Part shown: positions 18,096-27,812 of the stretch, one piece after another
How positions within the stretch are numbered: the stretch's first letter is position 1
Layout: every line of letters begins with the position of its first letter
Program-made: the position numbers and the translations under genes
Source: a virus
Length of the DNA: 64,000 nt
Virus record (IMG/VR): IMGVR_UViG_3300027741_000022
Coordinates: 32,001-96,000 of that record
Strand: one strand, 5' to 3'
Notes under the pieces: model-generated
Database searches by the model: none
What the model was told of the DNA's origin: nothing
Seen by the model: the letters and a program-made list of their open reading frames with translations, nothing else

Positions 18096-18671
18096 GTGAA
18101 AACCTTTGCAGAATTTACACATAGTGCTTCTTCTTGGAATTTATCTCCAAGAGATGTTTACAATTTTTATTATATTTTTTCTGCTTATTCTTATGGTAAA
18201 TTATACGATGAGGATAAAAATAAAGCAGAATTTATTTTAAATGAAATAAAACAAAAATATCTTAAAAATTTTAAGTTATTACTAATTCAACAGTTAGAGA
18301 AATATGTTTCTCTAAATAGAGTTGATGACGACTTTAGTAATGAAGAATTATCCGAAGATATGAGTTTTCAAACAATTAAAGCATTGATGTCAAAAACATA
18401 TCGTAGCGATATGCAAAGAAGAAATGCTAATTGGAATTCTCTTGCGGATTATTGTGAAAGTTTAAACAAAACAAACAGCTTTGACAAGCTATGTTTTTTC
18501 ATCGATAGAATAAACAATACGATTCATAATACCGGCGGACCCATACTAGATAAACTACCAAACGGTATAGAATTACTTAATTCTTTTGAAACAGTGCATT
18601 TGGCACAAAGTCCAAAACAGTATGCTAAATATGTAGGGTCAGAAGTTAGAAAGATAGCAAGGTGGGTTTAA
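18096..18671 (+). CDS. Hypothetical protein, putative virion-internal; paralog of 2865..3896
   Basis: GTG start 4 nt after TATATA; begins MKTFAEF. Confidence 0.6.
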   Translation: MKTFAEFTHSASSWNLSPRDVYNFYYIFSAYSYGKLYDEDKNKAEFILNEIKQKYLKNFKLLLIQQLEKYVSLNRVDDDFSNEELSEDMSFQTIKALMSKTYRSDMQRRNANWNSLADYCESLNKTNSFDKLCFFIDRINNTIHNTGGPILDKLPNGIELLNSFETVHLAQSPKQYAKYVGSEVRKIARWV

Positions 18672-18938
18672 ATGGAAGAAAACAGAAAAACATTTGAAGT
18701 TAAAATGAGACCCGCCAAGGGCGGCGGAATTGAAAAAGCTATATTTATTGATGGAGAGCTTCTTGATTGGCAGGTTGATATTGAATCTCTTATGGAAGCC
18801 ATGAAAATGGGTCCTATGTATTACAAAGAAATCCAAAGAGATATTGAAAAACACTTTGTTGAAAGTGTATCAGACACTATAGGTAGAAAAGTCACTGCCG
18901 AAGAAATAAAAAATGCCATTAAAAATGGCTACATCTAG
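18672..18938 (+). CDS. Hypothetical protein
   Basis: ORF track; abuts the upstream stop. Confidence 0.65.
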   Translation: MEENRKTFEVKMRPAKGGGIEKAIFIDGELLDWQVDIESLMEAMKMGPMYYKEIQRDIEKHFVESVSDTIGRKVTAEEIKNAIKNGYI

Positions 18939-18954
18939 GAAATTGGTCGAAGAA

Positions 18955-18972
18955 GTTTCTTCTTGGTACGCT
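18955..18972 (+). promoter_or_regulatory. Dispersed 18-bp motif, copy 6
   Basis: GTTTCTTCTTGGTACGCT. Confidence 0.8.
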
Positions 18973-19031
18973 GTGCTGCTGTGGGGGCATCTACGCCCTT
19001 GTTTTCTTTACTTAAAAACGGAGTATATACC

Positions 19032-19223
19032 GTGAAGATTTTTACTATTGAGGATGTCGTTAGCAGTATTCTTAACGCAGATATCAATCCTGCTTATAAG
19101 GCTCATGCCACTCGCCGCCTCAATTCTTATGTTAAGAGGCGTTGCATTGAAATTAACGCCAAGCCTACTCAAGTTATGGCTGCTGTCAAGGCTGCTGTTA
19201 CCAAGCGTAAGTCTAAGTCTTGA
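19032..19223 (+). CDS. Small basic protein
   Basis: GTG start after the SD CGGAG; the track start at 18963 is the TTG inside the motif. Confidence 0.65.
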   Translation: MKIFTIEDVVSSILNADINPAYKAHATRRLNSYVKRRCIEINAKPTQVMAAVKAAVTKRKSKS

Positions 19224-19233
19224 TTATCAAATT

Positions 19234-19280
19234 TTACAATCGGCTAGGCGCGAAGCCTAGCCGATTGTAATTTCTTTTTT
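19234..19280 (+). terminator. Rho-independent terminator
   Basis: 15-bp stem TTACAATCGGCTAGG/CCTAGCCGATTGTAA plus a T-tract. Confidence 0.85.
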
Positions 19281-19287
19281 GTATAAT

Positions 19288-20028
19288 ATGCCAAGTAAAC
19301 AACCTCTTTATTGTAAGTCTACTACCAAATATATGGCAAGAGAGTTGCACATATCAACTCTATATCCATTGTTTACTGGTTTTTTCTCTATACCCGAGCC
19401 AAAGCAATATTGGTTTCTATGCAGTTTACAGGAAAATACAGACACAAGCGAAATACACCAATTAACAAAACAAAGATATTTTGGTTTGTTTGTGCCAATG
19501 GAAAGAATATATGGCGTAGATCGAGATAAGGATATAATCAAAGAAAATAAAAAACACTACGCAGAAGTAAAATGGCTTGCTGGCGATTGGGAAAAAACAA
19601 TACGTTTAGCAGCCGGTAAGCAAAACAAATACTTTGATCCCGCTCTTGTGTATTTAGATACAACTTCTTTTGGTATAAAAGAGCCTGCGGTAGATATTTT
19701 AAAAGAAACTCTAAATTTTTGCCAAAAGAACACTTTGGTAATTTGTAATGTTATGATGAATAATCCAAGAGCCGGTCTTGGAGAGGTTTATTATGACCCA
19801 GATATTGTTATAGACAATTTACTTGAAAGTGATAACGAAGAAGCCTTTAAAGATTGGAATATTTCCCCGGACGATAAAGATGAAAAAGTATTTCACAGTT
19901 ATCAATATCAAACAAGCTGCACTGTGATGCGGAGTTATATATTTTTCAAGGGAGTTTTTCCAAAAGATTCTGATTTGTTTAATGCTTTTGAAAAGCACAA
20001 AGAATGGTGTGATTTAACGTTTATTTGA
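19288..20028 (+). CDS. Putative Rossmann SAM-dependent methyltransferase-like protein
   Basis: IYGVDRD...WLAGDW...LVYLDT strand pattern; no canonical glycine-rich motif I; start could be 19333. Confidence 0.4.
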   Translation: MPSKQPLYCKSTTKYMARELHISTLYPLFTGFFSIPEPKQYWFLCSLQENTDTSEIHQLTKQRYFGLFVPMERIYGVDRDKDIIKENKKHYAEVKWLAGDWEKTIRLAAGKQNKYFDPALVYLDTTSFGIKEPAVDILKETLNFCQKNTLVICNVMMNNPRAGLGEVYYDPDIVIDNLLESDNEEAFKDWNISPDDKDEKVFHSYQYQTSCTVMRSYIFFKGVFPKDSDLFNAFEKHKEWCDLTFI

Positions 20029-20041
20029 TAGAAAGAGCAAT

Positions 20042-22231
20042 ATGGACGCAAAAGATTTTAATACATCATACGTTTTTAATAAAAGCAAAAGGCACAACCC
20101 AAAGTCTCCTCACGATTGGCTTGTCAAAAAGATCAAACCCAAGGGTGTTGCTAACTATATTAGTCTCAAGCTTTGGCAAAATGAAGCCTATCTTATTCTT
20201 AAAGACGCCCGTAGAGGCTTTATTAAGGCTTTCTGCGGCTCTGGTAAAACTATTGCGGCACGAAGCATTGGTGCTTATAAAGCTCAAAAATATGGACTGA
20301 CTCAAGTTTATTGTGTCCCGAGAACAGACATTGGACTTGATGGATTCGGTAGTTTTTGCAATATCCAAGTTCCAACCGAAAATGGCTATGAAATCATTAA
20401 GTGTAACACACCGCTTAATTTTTGCAAGTCTACAAAAGAAAAAATTCAAGGTTTTATTGACATAATGACTAATGAGCCCGATCACGATAGCGGAGATAAC
20501 GTATCTGCTTATAGACAGATTGTTGTCACGCATCAGTGTATGTCTTTGGCTATCAAGAAGCTTAGGAAAAAGAAAAACCCAGAACTTCTTCGTAAATTTT
20601 TTGACAATAAGACTTTTTGGATTGATGAAGGTCATCACATTAAGGGATCCAAGGCAGAACAACAAAAAATTATCAGAAATCATCTTGGTGATTTCATTGG
20701 ATATATTTTTGATAATGCTGATGATCTAACGTCAGAAGTTTTTATTATGACTGCCACTCCCTATAGAGCAGATCATGGTTGTATTGTTTCCGAGGAACAA
20801 GCTGCTGATTTTGTAACATATTCGCTTGATTTTCTTAGGCATTTTAATACTCTTGGGATTGAGCGAGTTGATATGAATCTTGAAGAGTATAAGAACACAA
20901 AAGATTTGTTTAAGAGACTTGGGGAGAATTTACGCAAAGAAATCAAAACTAATAAGCACTTTGTTTTTGTTCCTCCTACTCGTAAAAAGTGGCGAATAAA
21001 AAATGAAGATGTGTACAAGCTGTTTGATGTTATTTATACAGTTATAATGGAAGAATATAACGTAAGCCTTGAAGTTGCTAAAAGCATGGTCAATGATTTG
21101 GTCACAAAAAAAACTCAGCACCATAATGATAAACTGTTGAGGCAAGAGCCAAAAAGCGGGCAATCTCATGCAAGTAAATATGTTGTAGTAGTGGCTTGTA
21201 TGAAGTGCCGTGAAGGTAGTGATTGGTGTCCTGGTGATAGGCTTCACAACACTTCAATGGAAAACAGTCCCCCACTAAGTTTCCAGACAAATGGAAGATT
21301 GTTTCGCCAATTTCCAGGCAAAGATAATGTTAAGATTTGCTATTATGTCAAGGAATTTCTGACAAAAAATAAGACTAAGAGAGAGTTTGTTTCAGACACA
21401 GTGAATTCTATGCTTCACTACATGCTGATGGACGATCTTTTTAATCCCATTATGGTAGATATTCCATATTTTGCTCCAAAAAATAAAAATGAAAATAAAA
21501 ATGAAAAAATTGAAAACAAGAAAACTAAAACAACCCTTGCAGATCACTTTGGTTTGAATTATTTTGATGCCAAAAAGGTTCTATTGAATTATTTCGAAGA
21601 CTGCAGTTTGAATGATCAAAATGCAGATATACTCATATCCAGGGTTATAAACAAGTACTTGCCCAATAAAGAGAGATACGACAAGAAGCATATCACAGAA
21701 ATTAAAAATGCTTGGAAAGTATTTTTAATTAGAGTTGCTTCTAAGAATATGCGAGACAAGGGCGTTGACATTTCTTATATTCGAAAGAATGGCTTTGATA
21801 CCATTGTTGAAAAAGAAGGAATTTCTGGAAACATTTTCGCATCTCATTTGACACCAGCAGAGATGAAGAGATTTCGTCAAGTCTGCAGGCTAAAGAATTG
21901 GGATGATGAAACACAGAATAAAAAGAAAGCTTATCTTTTGAAGTTTGCAGAAAAGAAACTAGGCAGGAAAATCAATAAGTCTAAAATTGCTGATGACTAT
22001 GAGGCAATGCACTTGATGGATGCTGAGCTGAAAAAGTTTAAAAAGTTTAACGATAAGATCAATCAACTTGCAAAAAAGAAAAGAAATAATTTTTCTATCA
22101 AGGAAATTGCGGCTTCTTTGAATTTTTCAGAATTTGAATTAAAGAAACAGGTGGAAATCTGGAGTAGTAATTTTCTTCCAAACAATTGGAAGGATGATCT
22201 TAGCCATCCAAGTTGGAATTTCATAGCATGA
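20042..22231 (+). CDS. SF2 DExH helicase-like protein
   Basis: AFCGSGKT (I), IDEGHH (II), MTATP (III), EGSDW (V), FQTNGRLFR (VI). Confidence 0.8.
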   Translation: MDAKDFNTSYVFNKSKRHNPKSPHDWLVKKIKPKGVANYISLKLWQNEAYLILKDARRGFIKAFCGSGKTIAARSIGAYKAQKYGLTQVYCVPRTDIGLDGFGSFCNIQVPTENGYEIIKCNTPLNFCKSTKEKIQGFIDIMTNEPDHDSGDNVSAYRQIVVTHQCMSLAIKKLRKKKNPELLRKFFDNKTFWIDEGHHIKGSKAEQQKIIRNHLGDFIGYIFDNADDLTSEVFIMTATPYRADHGCIVSEEQAADFVTYSLDFLRHFNTLGIERVDMNLEEYKNTKDLFKRLGENLRKEIKTNKHFVFVPPTRKKWRIKNEDVYKLFDVIYTVIMEEYNVSLEVAKSMVNDLVTKKTQHHNDKLLRQEPKSGQSHASKYVVVVACMKCREGSDWCPGDRLHNTSMENSPPLSFQTNGRLFRQFPGKDNVKICYYVKEFLTKNKTKREFVSDTVNSMLHYMLMDDLFNPIMVDIPYFAPKNKNENKNEKIENKKTKTTLADHFGLNYFDAKKVLLNYFEDCSLNDQNADILISRVINKYLPNKERYDKKHITEIKNAWKVFLIRVASKNMRDKGVDISYIRKNGFDTIVEKEGISGNIFASHLTPAEMKRFRQVCRLKNWDDETQNKKKAYLLKFAEKKLGRKINKSKIADDYEAMHLMDAELKKFKKFNDKINQLAKKKRNNFSIKEIAASLNFSEFELKKQVEIWSSNFLPNNWKDDLSHPSWNFIA

Positions 22232-22674
22232 TTACTAAAACAAAAACTAGAAAATCTGATATGGTTGATTTTTTTGGCGTAGGTAAAATCCCTCGATCTA
22301 GCGATCTTAATAAGCACGAATTGATTAAGATTGCAAATAGTAACGGGAAAAGACCATCTCAAAAAACAAAATTGGGTAGACGTTTAAGCGACTATACAAA
22401 AAAATCAAGCAGCAATTTTGATGCTAAGTTTTATGAAACAATCAGTAGGCTCAGACCTGATTGGTTTTTGTCTCAAAAAGAGGGCGCTTCTCAAAAGAAG
22501 AAAAAGCTAATAGAAATGGCAAAGAATGGTGAGAATAGACCCAGCGAGGGGCATTACAGCAGAACAGGAATAGGTCAAGCATTAAGCAACTACACTAGAA
22601 AATCTTCATGTGTGTATGATGCTGAGTTTGATAAGTTAATCAGGGAATTAAGACCGGATTGGTTTATAAAATGA
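22228..22674 (+). CDS. Repeat protein (2 x ~60-aa units)
   Basis: ATGA overlap with the helicase stop; unit K..LI..A..G..RP...T.LG..LS.YT.KSS..YD..FDK.IR.LRPDWF. Confidence 0.75.
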   Translation: MITKTKTRKSDMVDFFGVGKIPRSSDLNKHELIKIANSNGKRPSQKTKLGRRLSDYTKKSSSNFDAKFYETISRLRPDWFLSQKEGASQKKKKLIEMAKNGENRPSEGHYSRTGIGQALSNYTRKSSCVYDAEFDKLIRELRPDWFIK

Positions 22675-23288
22675 TTACCAAAACAATGACTAGTCGCTAT
22701 GATCTATCTAATTTTTTTGGAGTAGCTCGACTGCCTAGATCGAGTATTCGTAATAAGCGAGAACTCATTCAGATAGCAAATAAAGGTGGAGATAGACCTA
22801 GCCGTAAAACAAAATTGGGAAGAGTTTTAAGCAACTATACATGCAAACTTTCCGGTTCATACTGCCCAAAGTTTGATAAAACCATCAGAGAGCTAGCACC
22901 ACATTGGTTTTTATCTCGAATGAAAATCGCCAATCAAAAAAGACAAAAACTGATTAAGATGGCGAAGAATGGCAAAGATAAGCCGCACTGGAAGTCGAAA
23001 CTCTTTCAATATTTTAAAAGCTATATAACCAAATCATCAGGCAGTTATTGCCCAAAATTTTATAGAACTATCAAAAAATTTGCACCAAGTTGGTTATTAT
23101 CTCGCAAACAAGTTTCTAATCAAAAGAAACAAGAATTGATACGAATGGCAAATAGCGGTGAAAATAGACCAAAGCAAAAAACAAAAATTGGGTGTGCTTT
23201 GAGTAGTTATACAAAAAAATCCTCACTAGCGTATGACCCAGTATTCGATAAACTAATCAGAAAGCTTAGACCTGATTGGTTCGAGTAA
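22671..23288 (+). CDS. Repeat protein (3 x ~60-aa units), tandem paralog of 22228
   Basis: ATGA overlap; same MITKT.T N-terminus and same repeat unit. Confidence 0.75.
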   Translation: MITKTMTSRYDLSNFFGVARLPRSSIRNKRELIQIANKGGDRPSRKTKLGRVLSNYTCKLSGSYCPKFDKTIRELAPHWFLSRMKIANQKRQKLIKMAKNGKDKPHWKSKLFQYFKSYITKSSGSYCPKFYRTIKKFAPSWLLSRKQVSNQKKQELIRMANSGENRPKQKTKIGCALSSYTKKSSLAYDPVFDKLIRKLRPDWFE

Positions 23289-23300
23289 TAGTTTTTGAAA

Positions 23301-23318
23301 GTTTCCTCCCGGTACGCT
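23301..23318 (+). promoter_or_regulatory. Dispersed 18-bp motif, copy 7
   Basis: GTTTCCTCCCGGTACGCT. Confidence 0.8.
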
Positions 23319-23356
23319 CTTTGTGTGGTCGCACCCAAGGCTCTTGAGGTTTTACG

Positions 23357-23590
23357 ATGATTTCTGATGTTCTTTCCGATGCTGTTTCTGATATAGAAGA
23401 ATACTTGCAAGATCCAAGGGATTATTCTAAGGAAAGAGATTGGATTAAAAATCTCGTTGCACGAATGACAGCGTTGCGTGTTTATCTTGATTGTCCCCCC
23501 AATACAGATCCCCAATTTCTGGAGGATTTGAAAAGAGTCGAAAGCCAACATATGCTTGATCAAGTTTTAAATCAACGTATTCAACGATAA
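23357..23590 (+). CDS. Hypothetical protein
   Basis: SD GAGG; 38 nt after the motif. Confidence 0.65.
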   Translation: MISDVLSDAVSDIEEYLQDPRDYSKERDWIKNLVARMTALRVYLDCPPNTDPQFLEDLKRVESQHMLDQVLNQRIQR

Positions 23591-23605
23591 TAAAGGAACT
23601 ATATA

Positions 23606-24691
23606 ATGTCTGTAATTGAATCTGCTAATCTTTACTACAAAGAAGGCGCCAGCGATAAAGTTTATCACGCCACTATTGAAGATATTGGCGGCAACTATGT
23701 TGTCAATTTTGCTTATGGTCGAAGGGGAAGTGCTTTAAAGACCGGAAGCAAGACAAATTCGCCCACTTCACTAAATGAAGCAAAATCTATTTTCAATAGT
23801 CTTATCAAGGAAAAGACGGGAAAGGGCTACCAATATATTGACAAGGCTTCTAATGAAGCAATCAATGTTGTGAGCGATGATTTGCCCGACACTCCCACAG
23901 AAATTCAATGTGTGTTGCTCAATCCTATTGAACAGGATGAAGCAGAGCAGCTTATCGATAATGATGATTGGGCTTTGCAGCATAAACTTGATGGAGTTAG
24001 GTTTATGCTTGGTAAAAAAGAAAAAGAATCTCTCAATGCGTTTAATCGCAAGGGCAAAAGAACCAACATCCCCACTGTTATCTGGAATTCCATAAACAGT
24101 TTACAACACAGCTTTTTTATTGATGGGGAATTAATCGGAGAAACTTTCCATGTATTTGATATTCTTGAATATCAAGGAGAGTGTTTGCGTAAAAAGAGCT
24201 TTATTGAAAGAATGAAGCATCTTAAGACTTTGTTTAAGCATATTTCTTCTGAGCATATTGTCTTAACTCCTTTTTATACTGATAAAAAGGAAAAGCGTAA
24301 AATCTACGAAAATCTATTGGCAGGCAATCAAGAGGGTGTTGTATTCAAACATATTGATGCACACTATTATGTTGGTCGCCCTGCAAGTGGTGGTAAGTAT
24401 CTTAAGTATAAATTCTACAGCACATGTAGCTGCGTTGTAACAGCCATTAACAAAAAGCGTAGTGCCGCATTGGGTCTTTACAAGGGCAAGAAGCTTGTAA
24501 AGGCTGGCAACGTCACCATCTCTGTAAATTTCGATATTCCAGAAGTTGGTGATGTGGTTGAAGTAAAGTATCTTTATGCAAGAAAGCAATCTGGTGCTTT
24601 ATATCAGCCCATCTATCTTGGAAAAAGAACAGACGTAAATACCGAAGAGTGTCAGCAAAATCAACTTAAGTTTAAGGCAGAAGAAGAGTGA
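23606..24691 (+). CDS. WGR-domain ATP-dependent DNA ligase
   Basis: N-terminal LYYKEGASDKVY...YGRRG...K..KGY (WGR), then HKLDGVR, DGE, FD, EGVVFK, KYKF and an OB fold. Confidence 0.85.
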   Translation: MSVIESANLYYKEGASDKVYHATIEDIGGNYVVNFAYGRRGSALKTGSKTNSPTSLNEAKSIFNSLIKEKTGKGYQYIDKASNEAINVVSDDLPDTPTEIQCVLLNPIEQDEAEQLIDNDDWALQHKLDGVRFMLGKKEKESLNAFNRKGKRTNIPTVIWNSINSLQHSFFIDGELIGETFHVFDILEYQGECLRKKSFIERMKHLKTLFKHISSEHIVLTPFYTDKKEKRKIYENLLAGNQEGVVFKHIDAHYYVGRPASGGKYLKYKFYSTCSCVVTAINKKRSAALGLYKGKKLVKAGNVTISVNFDIPEVGDVVEVKYLYARKQSGALYQPIYLGKRTDVNTEECQQNQLKFKAEEE

Positions 24692-25194
24692 TGCGTTTAA
24701 ACGCTGACTATATTCGTCTTAATTTGTCGAATGTTTGTGATTTTCCGCAAATGTTTATCGATAAATCAAAAGAATTTTATGACACAGACATTTTAAATCT
24801 AACAATAGATGTTAAGTATTACGATCATGTTTCAAACAGTCATGGCTGCCCAATAAATGGTGTGATTAATTGGGGCGGCAGAATAGAAGGCGCTCCAAGA
24901 AATTATCCCGGCTGGCAGGGTCATATTTCTTTTTTTGCACAAAACAATAAGAATACACATGTAGATTGTGCATCAAATATGCTTTTCAATTCGTATGGAT
25001 ATGGATTTAGAGGATTTCACACAAGTGGTGGATGCCCAGGCAGAATTAATGAATATCCAGTCAGTATTGGCTTTTATTTCTTTTTGGAAGACTTTCCAAA
25101 TTTAGTTAAGAGTAAAGAAAAGTGGAATTTGCTTAAAACCTTTAATAACAAACAGGAATCTTGGGATTCTTTTTCAGCCTTGAAATATTCCTGA
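24688..25194 (+). CDS. Hypothetical protein
   Basis: Overlapping start and stop with the ligase. Confidence 0.6.
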   Translation: MMRLNADYIRLNLSNVCDFPQMFIDKSKEFYDTDILNLTIDVKYYDHVSNSHGCPINGVINWGGRIEGAPRNYPGWQGHISFFAQNNKNTHVDCASNMLFNSYGYGFRGFHTSGGCPGRINEYPVSIGFYFFLEDFPNLVKSKEKWNLLKTFNNKQESWDSFSALKYS

Positions 25195-25214
25195 TATTCT
25201 GACTAAATACAGTC

Positions 25215-26147
25215 ATGTTAAAGTTTTTTATTATTTTTGTTGTCTTGATTTTTTCAAGCCCTATTTTCGCCCAAGATAAAACAGGGTTTGCGATAGATGT
25301 TAATGCAAACAATATAGCCGGTCTGTTCACAATGACAGATGAAGGTGGCAGATTAAGAAATTTGGATTTGATGGAAGGCGTGTTTAAAGACGGATCTCTT
25401 GGTTTTAAATCAGAGAGATATCACAACGTTCCATCTAATTTCATATATTCAAAAATGGCTGATATGGCTTCAAAACTTGATGATAATGGAACACTACTTC
25501 TTTATCTGAATAGCCATGGAGGAGGAAGTGGAAATAGATTTATAATGACTTCTTCTGATGGCAATTTTAGATTTAGTAAAGCAATTGCAGCAATAGCTAA
25601 GGTTAAAACTGTTAGAAGATTGGTGTTTTTAGTTGATACTTGTCATGCCGCCGGAAGTATTCAAGAAAGCTTAAAAGAAGACGGACAGCTTTTAAGAGAT
25701 ATTCAAATAGCCACACCCACAGATTATCTGCCCGAAATGCCCAATAGATTTTCATTTAAAATTAAGCCTTTTGCTGGAATATTCAGCTTGAAGAATGATG
25801 AAATAGATTTTTGTGAAGACAGTGGTGCTTATGAAGAAATTCTTATTATTAGCTCTTCAAGTGTTGAAGATCTTTCAACAAGAGGAGTTTTTGCCTCAAG
25901 GTTATCTGCTACATTCAATGCTGTTAAAGAAAACAAAGAAATAACCTTAGCCCAATTCTTAAAGAAGTTTGCAGATAGTCATGGAAATAGCGGGCAGCAA
26001 CCATATTATAAGGTTTTACCAAATAGATCCATGTTGAGTGAGTTTTTATTTGGTCCATTGCCGGCACAGCAAATACCAGTTAAAAATTACTCTTCAGATG
26101 GCTTAAAAGATTTTTCTCCAAATTACATTCTCTATCCAGCAAAATAG
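25215..26147 (+). CDS. Secreted caspase-like (clan CD) peptidase
   Basis: Signal peptide; LLLYLNSHGG (His) and FLVDTCHAAG (Cys) dyad; IISSSS and Q.PY typical of the caspase/legumain fold. Confidence 0.65.
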   Translation: MLKFFIIFVVLIFSSPIFAQDKTGFAIDVNANNIAGLFTMTDEGGRLRNLDLMEGVFKDGSLGFKSERYHNVPSNFIYSKMADMASKLDDNGTLLLYLNSHGGGSGNRFIMTSSDGNFRFSKAIAAIAKVKTVRRLVFLVDTCHAAGSIQESLKEDGQLLRDIQIATPTDYLPEMPNRFSFKIKPFAGIFSLKNDEIDFCEDSGAYEEILIISSSSVEDLSTRGVFASRLSATFNAVKENKEITLAQFLKKFADSHGNSGQQPYYKVLPNRSMLSEFLFGPLPAQQIPVKNYSSDGLKDFSPNYILYPAK

Positions 26148-26174
26148 CAAATATATCTTCGAAAATATATTATC

Positions 26175-26381
26175 ATGATGATTGGCGAAATCAAAAAGTG
26201 GGCTAAATCTTTGGAATATGATGTCAAAAATTCTAAAGAAGGCGGATATAGCTGGAAATATATTGGCGATGAAGAATATTCGCGTTCAGAAGATGTGGAC
26301 TCTTTAGCCAAAGATATTTTTAACCATCTAACAAAAGGCAAGTGGAAAGACTACCAAGAAAAGTTCCAGAAACTTGCTTGA
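26175..26381 (+). CDS. Hypothetical protein
   Basis: ORF track. Confidence 0.6.
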   Translation: MMIGEIKKWAKSLEYDVKNSKEGGYSWKYIGDEEYSRSEDVDSLAKDIFNHLTKGKWKDYQEKFQKLA

Positions 26382-26452
26382 CAACTACTTGCCTACTACC
26401 TTAGTATGTGCGTTTGTGTTCTTTTGTTTTGTTCTAACCCGAGGAGACGATT

Positions 26453-26752
26453 GTGAAGACTAAGCTTTCCAAAACCGATATGACAGCTAGAAACAAGCAG
26501 ATTTTTGAGATGCGTAAGAATGGTGCTACTCAAAACGAGATAGCAGAAAAGTTCGGAGTATCAGCCCCCAGAATCGGGCAAATACTTTCTGATTACAAAA
26601 AGCCTTATAAAAGCATGAAGAAAAAGGCTTTGTCGGTTATTGATGAGGTTACATCTAAGAAGAAGCAGAACAATGTAGATCTTGTTTCTGCTATTATTAA
26701 GTGTGATATGGATGCTAATGCTAAACTGGAACTTTTGAAGAATTTCTTCTAA
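26453..26752 (+). CDS. HTH (sigma region 4-like) protein
   Basis: RNKQIFEMRKNGATQNEIAEKFGVSAPRIGQIL; SD GAGGAG. Confidence 0.75.
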   Translation: MKTKLSKTDMTARNKQIFEMRKNGATQNEIAEKFGVSAPRIGQILSDYKKPYKSMKKKALSVIDEVTSKKKQNNVDLVSAIIKCDMDANAKLELLKNFF

Positions 26753-26772
26753 ATTTTAGGAAAGGATTTCCT

Positions 26773-27357
26773 GTGAAAGATAAAAGAACTTTATCAGACT
26801 TGGGTAAATCCCTATCCATAGATTGTAGTGATGTTGTTTTAGAAAGCGAACAAGATTTAAATGATTTGCTTTCTGAAAAGGATTTGATTTTTGTGAAACA
26901 ATATCTGCTCCAAAAAGGAGCTAAAGATATTAAAGAAACTCCAAACGAGGATGAAGATATGAATGCTTTGAAGATTTGCAAACGAGGAATTACTGGTGCT
27001 CAGAATAGAAAAGAAGTTTATAATCTGGTTGAGTCCATGATTAGAGACAATCCTTTAAAACCCGGCTTTAAAACTGGATATAAGGAAGCAGCTTCTTATA
27101 TCAACAAGCAGGGATATAGGGATTCGAATGGTTTTAAGTGGAAGGTAAAAACTTTGGTTGATTTTTATCATCATTACAATGAAAGAAGCACGGCAACTAA
27201 AACTAAGGTTGCTTCAACCAAGATTAGTGCTGCTGTCAAGTCGGTTGTTGAAACAAAGTCTGCACACAATATTCGGGATCTTGTTAAGTGTATAATTGAC
27301 TGCAATCTGGACAGTGATTTGAAGTTAAAGCTTATTCCACTTGTTTTGAAAGGATGA
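26773..27357 (+). CDS. Putative DNA-binding protein (recombinase-like winged helix)
   Basis: GYKEAASYINKQGYRDSNGFKWKVKTL; C-terminus similar to that of 26453. Confidence 0.5.
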   Translation: MKDKRTLSDLGKSLSIDCSDVVLESEQDLNDLLSEKDLIFVKQYLLQKGAKDIKETPNEDEDMNALKICKRGITGAQNRKEVYNLVESMIRDNPLKPGFKTGYKEAASYINKQGYRDSNGFKWKVKTLVDFYHHYNERSTATKTKVASTKISAAVKSVVETKSAHNIRDLVKCIIDCNLDSDLKLKLIPLVLKG

Positions 27358-27375
27358 AGTATAGAGTAGATTAAA

Positions 27376-27663
27376 ATGTCAAAAGAAGAAGTCGATCACA
27401 TTGTTGAAAATGTGTTCGAAGATAATATCAAAAATGAAGCCATGGAAATTATAGAGGCAGTTTTTAAAACAAAGAAATATGAAAATCACTTTAAGTTTAT
27501 TCAAAACCACTATAGTCTTGGTGGAGAAAATTCTCTTCAACAGATTAGAATCAGAATTGATTACATTAAATCATTATTGATCAAAGAAGGTTTGATGCAG
27601 AGTGACAGCAAAGCTTATTTTGGAAAAATGGAAATATTAAACTCTGACTCAGCAGACCTATAG
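27376..27663 (+). CDS. Hypothetical protein
   Basis: ORF track. Confidence 0.55.
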   Translation: MSKEEVDHIVENVFEDNIKNEAMEIIEAVFKTKKYENHFKFIQNHYSLGGENSLQQIRIRIDYIKSLLIKEGLMQSDSKAYFGKMEILNSDSADL

Positions 27664-27812
27664 TTTGTCTGAGAAACAAAAAATTATTCCATGTTGCAAA
27701 AAATATTTCTACCAGTCTCTTGCCTTTTGTTTTTGAGCGTATATGTTTGAAACAGAAGACAAGATCAAATGTTGGTCTTGCGGGAAAGAAACCGACACTG
27801 TGAGAAACCAAG

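Noticed and set aside
18963-19031. Track N-terminal extensions starting MVR... (also 32702, and extensions at 28000, 50603, 59009, 2613)
   Set aside because: They begin inside or run across the promoter motif, terminators or antisense genes; SD-supported starts lie downstream.
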